A DNA stretch of 64,000 bases from Tetramitus jugosus (Eukaryota; Protista; Heterolobosea), in assembly GCA_937625935.1 (NCBI GenBank), contig OW569375.1, positions 401,874 to 465,873 of the forward strand, in the 5' to 3' direction. Positions 56,721 to 64,000 of this stretch are shown here, one piece after another (within the stretch, counting starts at the first letter, position 1; the number at the start of each line of letters is the position of its first letter). Under the pieces are notes generated by a model, which saw only the letters and a list, made by a program, of their open reading frames with translations, made no database searches and was not told the DNA's origin. A program made the position numbers and the translations under genes.

Positions 56721-59340
56721 ATGAACAACAATCAACACGATCATTCAAGCACTTCCCAACAACCACCACAGCAGTTCTTCGGTCAGCTGACCAACGAACA
56801 ACAACAACAGTTGTTCGCAATGGTGCAAGCATTGGTTCAACAAACATTAACTCAACAACCACCAGTCAATACTGTTCAGCAACATGCCAATCATATGCAA
56901 CAAACGCACAACATCCAACAGGGAGGACCAGTTCAAACCAATCAAGAACCACAGCAGTCAGTAGAACAACCACAACAACCAGAACAGCAGGTAAAACGAC
57001 AGCGAAAAGGTTATATGTCTATATTGGAGAACAATTTTACATTCAATATACCTAATGAAACTTTGAATGGATTATTCGATGCGACTAACAAGAAGAAGCT
57101 ATTCAATGAAAGTAAGAAGATAGAACTTGTGAAACGATCTCTGTAATAGAATTCTTAAGCAGAGAAGAATTCTATTACAGAAGACAGAATGACATAATGA
57201 AGAAAGCTTTGAGTGACATATTACCACATGCCAGTGACAATCACATTTCAATCTTAGTTGCAGCTATTAATGATTATAGAAGGAATCATTGGACGAAGAA
57301 AGGGATGCCTTATCATGATATGTGGAAGCAAGAGAAGAAGTACAAGAATCTAGACTTTCGTAAGGGCACAACATTTCATGATACTCATAAGAATAAATCA
57401 GATACGCATGGAAAGCCTAAGGGGATAATACTTCCTCAAGTAATGAAAGATACTGCACAGCTAGAAAGTATCAGATTTGATCTATTGAAATGCCACAAGA
57501 GTGACTCAGCCAGTCCAGATACTATTGCAACATTACTCGAAGCATCATACTATGAGCGTATTTGTAAGCTGAGGTCACCATCTGATGGATACAACTTCAA
57601 GGATTATCTGAAGCAATTTCCCATTCTCACCAATATTCAGTGGCTATATTATGAATGGAGATTGGTTAAGGCATACCTGAAGGAGGAATGCTCTTTGGAG
57701 ATGGCAGATTTCGAGAAGAAACTTATGGATCTGACAAGATTTATGGTATTGTACATGATCACTATTGAAGATCACGAGTTATTATTGGATCGTATGAAAA
57801 TATTCTTCCAGAGAAAGGCCAGAGCTAATCTTGAAGCCAGAGAGGAGACCATTGATGATGATTCTATCAAGCATGAATTGCAGTGTATGCATATGGAAAC
57901 TGTATTGAAGCAGCTAATCTGCAGTGAAGAAGACTGGAAGCAGTACTGTGACCAACTATTATTAGCTTTCATTCAGTACATTGACAAAAGATGGAGATTA
58001 ACTAAGAGTACCCCCATACTTGTTGAATGCACAACAGAGTCCACATCTATTACTCATGCTTACATTGCTGCGATGAATCCCAGAGTGGATGGTACTTACA
58101 GACACTATTCAGCTATGATTGATAAAACTGTAATTGTCAAGAGTGACAATTTGTCCGAGGTATTCATAATGTACTATTGTGCATGTGGGATTGGAGCTAG
58201 AAAGTTGGGAAATGCACTCATGAATACATTACTTGATGAAGCAATTGTTGGAGAGACGAGGGAAAGACGGTCTTACTTTATATCATTTGTGGGGAAGCTA
58301 CAAGATGCATACAACAAAGAGGATGATATGCATGATCTCTTCCCACAATTTCTCCAGTTTGCCAATCGCTCAGCTTCTAAGAGATCATCGCCAGTATTTG
58401 ACATTAATAGCTTACTAGTGCAGACAACAAAGAGAGCAAGTTCTCACAAGAGTAAGAAACCAACGAAGAAGGACTTGAAGAGCCATAAGTACTCGAAGAA
58501 GAAGGCCAGCAACAAACGAAGCATATCAGAAGCGAGTGAGAGTGACATGTCAGAAGAAGAACCACAGAGAAAGGGCACCAAATATCAAACTACTTCTCGC
58601 AAGAAGAAGACTAGGAAGCAATTGAGATCTGATCATGAATCTGATGATGAAGATATAGGTCAGTCTGATGAAGACGAAACACAGATTGAACCTCTGACAG
58701 GCATTCTCAATGTAAACAACTTCAGAACCAATAGATTACCCACACATATGATAATTAGGACGTAGAAATGCTCTGAGTCCTGAACAGTCAAAAAGAAAAA
58801 AGGTTGGGTAAGGGTTTATACACTGAGCCATCTATGGCAACTACATTATATGAAGATGATGTATTGCTTGAAGAGCAGGACCAACATCCTGGCACCCAGA
58901 ATGCTAATCCCTCGTTTCATTCAGATCAGTTTGAAGAGAATGAGTCAGTACTCATGTTGCTTGATGGTTACACATATGTCTTCGCTACCATATTCAAGAA
59001 ACACTCTGGTACATTTGTAGTCCACCACAGATCTTACGACCCTTTGGAGTTTGCTGATTTATTAGTGCAGCGTATTGACTCTAGATATGCAGATCTTAGT
59101 ATTGATGGCGAGATTCCAGAGGAGGGCTCCAGGATTGCATGGAGATGGGATCAACTCAGCAACATTAAGGCAAAGCTACCTCAGACATCACAGCCCCCAC
59201 AGCATGAATCACAACAAGAACCACAGCAGCTCAGAGCTTCCAGGAGAAAGATCACTCCAACATGTTGTTCTGCTTGTGGAAAGCTGCCTGTGGAGCGTAG
59301 GGGTAAGCGTCTGCCATACTGTAAATCCTGTTCTGAATAG
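56721..59340 (+). CDS. Second, divergently transcribed transposon gene (TnpA-like accessory protein), probably spliced
   Basis: A 38-nt GT-AG intron at 57143-57180 joins ORFs 56721 and 57197 in frame; the join to 58804 is uncertain (26-nt candidate 58762-58787). Q-rich start, basic/acidic NLS region, C-terminal CSAC...CKSC zinc ribbon. Confidence 0.6.
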
Positions 59341-60500
59341 ATTACCATTATCTTCTCAATATAGCGTGTTACTTCAATTAATCCAGCGACCAACAGTCCA
59401 GATCACCAGGACCACTGGATACTTTACCACTTTCTCACCACGTTCTTTACCACGTTCTTACCTAGTCTGAGCTACCACGTTTTGAAACCCGGTGAAAAGG
59501 GTTTCCGACCAGGTAATCTTTACTCTAGTAAAACTACCGCCTTGGCTCGTGGTGACTTGTAGATTAAGGATGAGAAAGATACTGTTCATCAGCCCAAAGA
59601 CGTTTGCAGTGGAGGAAGAATGGATTGATATCACCTGCACTTATGCTATTGTTCGTGTCTGAGTTGAATGCAATTAGACTTGAGGTGCAGAACGAAAAGA
59701 GGAAAGCTTCGAATCTGTTGTAAAGAAGTTTGATTTTGGTGATAAATATTGATGGGTTGACTTGTGTATTTCCGAAAGTCCAAAACTGAAGGAAACCTTG
59801 TTGAAAATTGATCATAGTAATTGTGTTCTAATATATTGTAGACGATTCATACTATCATATTAACACTTGTGATCCCAGTGGTTGTTGTTCGAATAACAAA
59901 AATTGACATATAGATGTATTAGAGTACAACTGTGAAGCTGCACGGAGTTTTCACAAGACATGGTTGATGAGGAATACACCATTCTGATTGAGCAGTATTA
60001 AAATGGATGTATTACTTGACATATGACGACCATATCTCTAGCTGAGACCAGAGTAAAGTAGTTTTCAGCACTTGTATTCCACATATATAGTTAATATATT
60101 CTTATGCGGGTGCGATAATCACTTCACTCAAGTCGTATTGTTGGCAAATGAGTGGATGTTCAGCACAAAAATTATTCACTGGGACACAACTGAGAATGAA
60201 TGATGGCAACATACTCCAAACACTATGAGCTGGTATTAGATAACCATCACTCGTTATATCTGCACGCTCAAGACTCCATGATTAATAGTATGAGTTATTG
60301 ACATACTGTTCCTCTCAAAAACTGATCACACATGTCACATAATATGTGTCACCAGAGTCAAGTGCATTTCTCAACTTGTACTCGACGTATGATACCAACA
60401 TATTCATATAATGGTGCTAGGATTACTTGACTCAGGTCCCACAGCTGGCAAGTGACTTCATCTCATGTCAAGTTTTTCAACTATGACACTCCAGTTCGGA

Positions 60501-61140
60501 CTATCCATGTATCATTGCTTGTTTCTTTGACGTCGTCTCACTGTGGATTTCACTGGCTTCTTCACCGACTTCTTCACGGGTTTCTCTTGGTGATATTGTA
60601 CAGCGATGAATGATATGCCAGAGGAATTGCAGTTTCTGTGATTGATCAACACTCGGGATCAGTGCTAAATTCTCGAGAGCTGGATGTCCCAGTACCTTCT
60701 TGGCTTTGACGTATTTGACACAGTTCCCTGGTTGAGATGAGAAACTGAAATCAGTCAATTCTTCATTATCAAACTTCTCATTGTAGATCTGACTCTGCTC
60801 AGATGTCATCTCTACATACACAAGAAACTCATGTTTCTTTGACCAATTACTCATTCCAGCATCATCTGGTAGTGAGATGAAGACGTCTGACTTCTGGATA
60901 GTGCTTCTATCTTCCTTCACATACTGTACAACATCCTGAATGACAGCTTGCCTGTTACGCACTGTCATGTTATGCATCGTATCAGGTTTGATGAATTCAG
61001 AGTACATTGCTTGGTACTGCATCTTTGGCCCATCTGGATATAGTCGACTCATACTTCTCAGCGTTCCAGCTTCTGCAATTCAGTACTTTAATGAAGATGG
61101 GTTCCAGATTCTTTTGTGTGATCCACTTCTCAATTCCTAG
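60501..61140 (-). pseudogene. Gene fragment truncated at a telomere-repeat island
   Basis: Coding-like frames (LGIEKWITQKNLEPIF..., VIQDVVQYVKEDR...) begin abruptly at ~61140 with frame changes; no recognised family. Confidence 0.35.
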
Positions 61141-61158
61141 TGTCACAGGGCAAACGAT

Positions 61159-61214
61159 GGGTTGGGTTTGGATTTGGTGTTACATCCGCGTTTTGGTAAA
61201 CCCATACCCAACCC
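61159..61214. repeat. Inverted pair of degenerate telomeric repeats
   Basis: GGGTTGGGTTTGGATTT (61159-61175) and AAACCCATACCCAACCC (61198-61214) are 15/17 complementary with a 22-nt loop. Confidence 0.8.
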
Positions 61215-62162
61215 GAAAATTATTCCGATGTTTTTTTGAGTTTTGAGAGTACTGGAGGCTTCAGCTGACAGTACGGAACAGTGTGGCGGTATTTTTACCG
61301 AAGTTTGAGAAGTGTCGTCTCGAAGACGATCTATCTCTACTGTATTTAACAGTTTTCTCTGCAACATGGTTAAAACTGCAACATATTGTTTCTGACAGTG
61401 TTTTTAAGAAAAGTATGTGATGACACTGGACTGTCAGATCAGAGAACTGTTTTTTCAGATTTTGGACTGACATTCTAGATATCTGGTGTGTTTTTGGAGC
61501 GTTCATTCTCTAATTTCTATTAACTTTTTGTTGATTTTTGGCAGAATGAGTTGCGTTTCAGTGCTTTGACCTTGGAATGACTTGAAATTCTTTTGAAATG
61601 GAGAAGTCAACCGATTTATGAGAACTGATGATTATGAATGCGATACTTCATTCTGGAGAGGGACTCTTTGACAGTTTTTACTGACAGAATGAGATCTAAA
61701 CGTTTCAGTTTGTCAGATGAATGCAGAGCTGAAGTCCCAGATCCAACACCTCATATATCAAGTGTAGTTACTCTTTGCTGAATAAGAAATTATATCTATG
61801 GACGTAATTGACTGAGAAATATTGCAGAAAATACACTTTAGGAGGGAGTTTAGCTCATGAGAGAAATATATATATCTTGTGTTCAGAATTCCTTGAGTGC
61901 AGAGTTGACTACCCAGACCCAACCCGTCATAACTCAAGTAGAATAGAAATAATTGCTCATAAACCGTGTATTGACTAACTTGATTGTCTCGAGTCCTTTC
62001 AAATGTTGAGCATTTGACGAGAATATTTCTGTTTTCGACAAAGACTAAGGGATGAGGATCAAGAGATGAGAGTAGAAGTGAATTGCGTAATTTCAACTTG
62101 GATAGATATTGATCGATCATTTTTCAGATGATAGATCGACTCTGTTTTGAATTTGGATGAAA

Positions 62163-62182
62163 TTTGGGTTTGGGTTTGGGTT
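62163..62182 (+). repeat. Interstitial telomeric repeat (TTTGGG)3
   Basis: TTTGGGTTTGGGTTTGGGTT read directly. Confidence 0.9.
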
Positions 62183-62405
62183 GTCACATATCGGCTAGCC
62201 AAGACTGGCTGAATACAGTCAACTGTACGTTGTAAAGGTTGTTTTTGTATTCTCCGTGGTTTGAAATGTTCAACTTAAGCTTTGTATGGAAAAACTCACT
62301 ATAGATTCTGAACTATCCCCCAAACTGTGATATGGAGTTGGGTTTTGAACTCGGAAAACCCAAATCTCTATGAGCTATTGACTGATGAGTCGCGAAAAAA
62401 TAGGC

Positions 62406-62729
62406 GGAACCAGCCATTTCGGCCTAGAAAAGCTTTTTTACAGAGGAACTATCTGGTTCGGCCTAAAAGTTGGACTCACAAGCGGAACCAGCTGGTTCCG
62501 CCTAAAAGAGCTTTTTTTCAGAGGAACTATCTGGTTCCGCCTAAATTTTCGACTTTACAGAGGAACCAGCTGGTTCCGCCTAAAACTTGACTTTGTCAGT
62601 GGAACTCTCTGGTTCCGCCTGTAATATGACTTTTTCAGTGGAACCAGCTGGTTCCACCTAAATGCACACATGTCTAAGAGGAACCAGATAGTTCCGCATA
62701 AAAAGATTTCTACAGAGGAACTTGGAACT
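62406..62729. repeat. 39-bp-period subtelomeric array with palindromic core GGAACCAGCTGGTTCC
   Basis: GGAAC starts at 62406, 62445, 62484, 62523, 62562, 62601, 62640, 62680 and 62717 (8 units plus a stub). Confidence 0.95.
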
Positions 62730-63199
62730 GAGATCAGAAAGGTTCGAACATCTGAAGGAAGATACATTGTGACAGAGACGGTTGAACTGCAAGATTGAAG
62801 TCCTTCATAAATTGTTTGTAATGCTTAGTCGGTGAATACAATAGCCTGATGAATGCATTCTCGACTGGGAATGACATTGTCCAGTAACCGAAACGTGGGA
62901 AAGGAAAAGACTAAGGACACGGCAGGAAATATTTTGTAACAAAGAATGATGAAGGAACTTAAACTCCTTTGATGAAGGTTCAACATGGATGAAGGAGTGT
63001 TGTTAGGATTACAATGAGAGTTTTGACATCGAGTGCAGAGATGCATGGAGCGAAAGATTGAGTGAGATGAAGTTGTAACACGTGTTAGGAAGAAGTATCA
63101 AGGAAGTGAGAACAAGATTACAATGGTGGACATTGTATTCCTGCATAAAAATTGATTTTCAGATGATTTTGTGATTTTGATGAGAAAATAGATTTTGAC

Positions 63200-64000
63200 T
63201 TGGGTTTGGGTTTGGGTTTGGGTTTGGGTTTGGGTTTGGGTTTGGGTTTGGGTTTGGGTTTGGGTTTGGGTTTGGGTTTGGGTTTGGGTTTGGGTTTGGG
63301 TTTGGGTTTGGGTTTGGGTTTGGGTTTGGGTTTGGGTTTGGGTTTGGGTTTGGGTTTGGGTTTGGGTTTGGGTTTGGGTTTGGGTTTGGGTTTGGGTTTG
63401 GGTTTGGGTTTGGGTTTGGGTTTGGGTTTGGGTTTGGGTTTGGGTTTGGGTTTGGGTTTGGGTTTGGGTTTGGGTTTGGGTTTGGGTTTGGGTTTGGGTT
63501 TGGGTTTGGGTTTGGGTTTGGGTTTGGGTTTGGGTTTGGGTTTGGGTTTGGGTTTGGGTTTGGGTTTGGGTTTGGGTTTGGGTTTGGGTTTGGGTTTGGG
63601 TTTGGGTTTGGGTTTGGGTTTGGGTTTGGGTTTGGGTTTGGGTTTGGGTTTGGGTTTGGGTTTGGGTTTGGGTTTGGGTTTGGGTTTGGGTTTGGGTTTG
63701 GGTTTGGGTTTGGGTTTGGGTTTGGGTTTGGGTTTGGGTTTGGGTTTGGGTTTGGGTTTGGGTTTGGGTTTGGGTTTGGGTTTGGGTTTGGGTTTGGGTT
63801 TGGGTTTGGGTTTGGGTTTGGGTTTGGGTTTGGGTTTGGGTTTGGGTTTGGGTTTGGGTTTGGGTTTGGGTTTGGGTTTGGGTTTGGGTTTGGGTTTGGG
63901 TTTGGGTTTGGGTTTGGGTTTGGGTTTGGGTTTGGGTTTGGGTTTGGGTTTGGGTTTGGGTTTGGGTTTGGGTTTGGGTTTGGGTTTGGGTTTGGGTTTG
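63200..64000 (+). repeat. Telomere, (TTTGGG)n
   Basis: ~800 bp of uninterrupted TTTGGG with the G-rich strand running 5'->3' toward the window end. Confidence 0.98.

Larger units (their letters stand above)
54439..59554. mobile_element. CACTA/EnSpm (CMC superfamily) DNA transposon, ~5.1 kb
   Basis: TIRs 54439-54459 CACCACTAGCCAAGGCGGTAG and 59534-59554 (reverse complement CACCACGAGCCAAGGCGGTAG), 20/21 match; subterminal ACCACGTT repeats at both ends; encodes a transposase. No TSD seen. Confidence 0.88.

Noticed and set aside
59560-60500. Possible further transposon or gene relic
   Set aside because: Stops in all frames I read and no motif I could assign.
62382-62410. Hammerhead ribozyme core CTGATGA...GAAA, as in telomeric Penelope-like elements
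   Set aside because: I could not form stems I and III with a correctly placed UH cleavage site.
62406-62729. CRISPR array (palindromic repeats with variable spacers)
   Set aside because: Linkers are only ~17 nt and resemble each other (GACTTT/GCTTTT..CAG), repeats are degenerate, no cas genes are present, and the context is a eukaryotic subtelomere.
62327-62767. Short ORFs with 13-aa repeats (RNQLVPPK / GTSWFRL)
   Set aside because: They are by-products of the 39-bp DNA period, open in several frames and on both strands.
62182-62774. Solo LTR bounded by TGTCACA...TGTGACA
   Set aside because: Only a 7-bp inverted match, with no target-site duplication, PBS or PPT.

Overview
This is the last 64 kb of a chromosome arm of a gene-dense, intron-poor eukaryotic microbe using the standard code, with short GT-AG introns. 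It is probably a phagotrophic amoeba or amoeboflagellate such as a heterolobosean; that placement is an inference from gene content and style only. Bases ~1-37,800 are a core block: RRP40, TEN1, GH31 alpha-glucosidase, CFAP20, HROB, a probable Treslin/Sld3, AP5B1, a 2OG-Fe(II) oxygenase, a SHAQKYF Myb, tandem F-box/LRR genes, eIF4E, a TGS-type cap methyltransferase, Rab32/38, TyrRS, an ARM protein, a mitochondrial carrier and a TRIC channel. Bases ~38,000-61,100 are an accessory subtelomeric zone where most genes are broken. It holds a frameshifted Crinkler-like NTPase-nuclease, two F-box/ankyrin genes, a P-element-like transposase relic, a Pseudomonas PslG-like biofilm glycoside hydrolase with a GPI-type tail, an SDR pseudogene, an intact Panacea (SocA/PanA) antitoxin-domain + TPR/Sel1 protein, and a ~5.1 kb CACTA/EnSpm-type transposon with 21-bp TIRs and two divergent genes. 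The window ends in ~1-kb modules separated by telomere-repeat islands, one carrying a 39-bp array with a 16-bp palindrome, followed by a homogeneous (TTTGGG)n telomere. All family assignments come from motif recognition by eye, not database searches.
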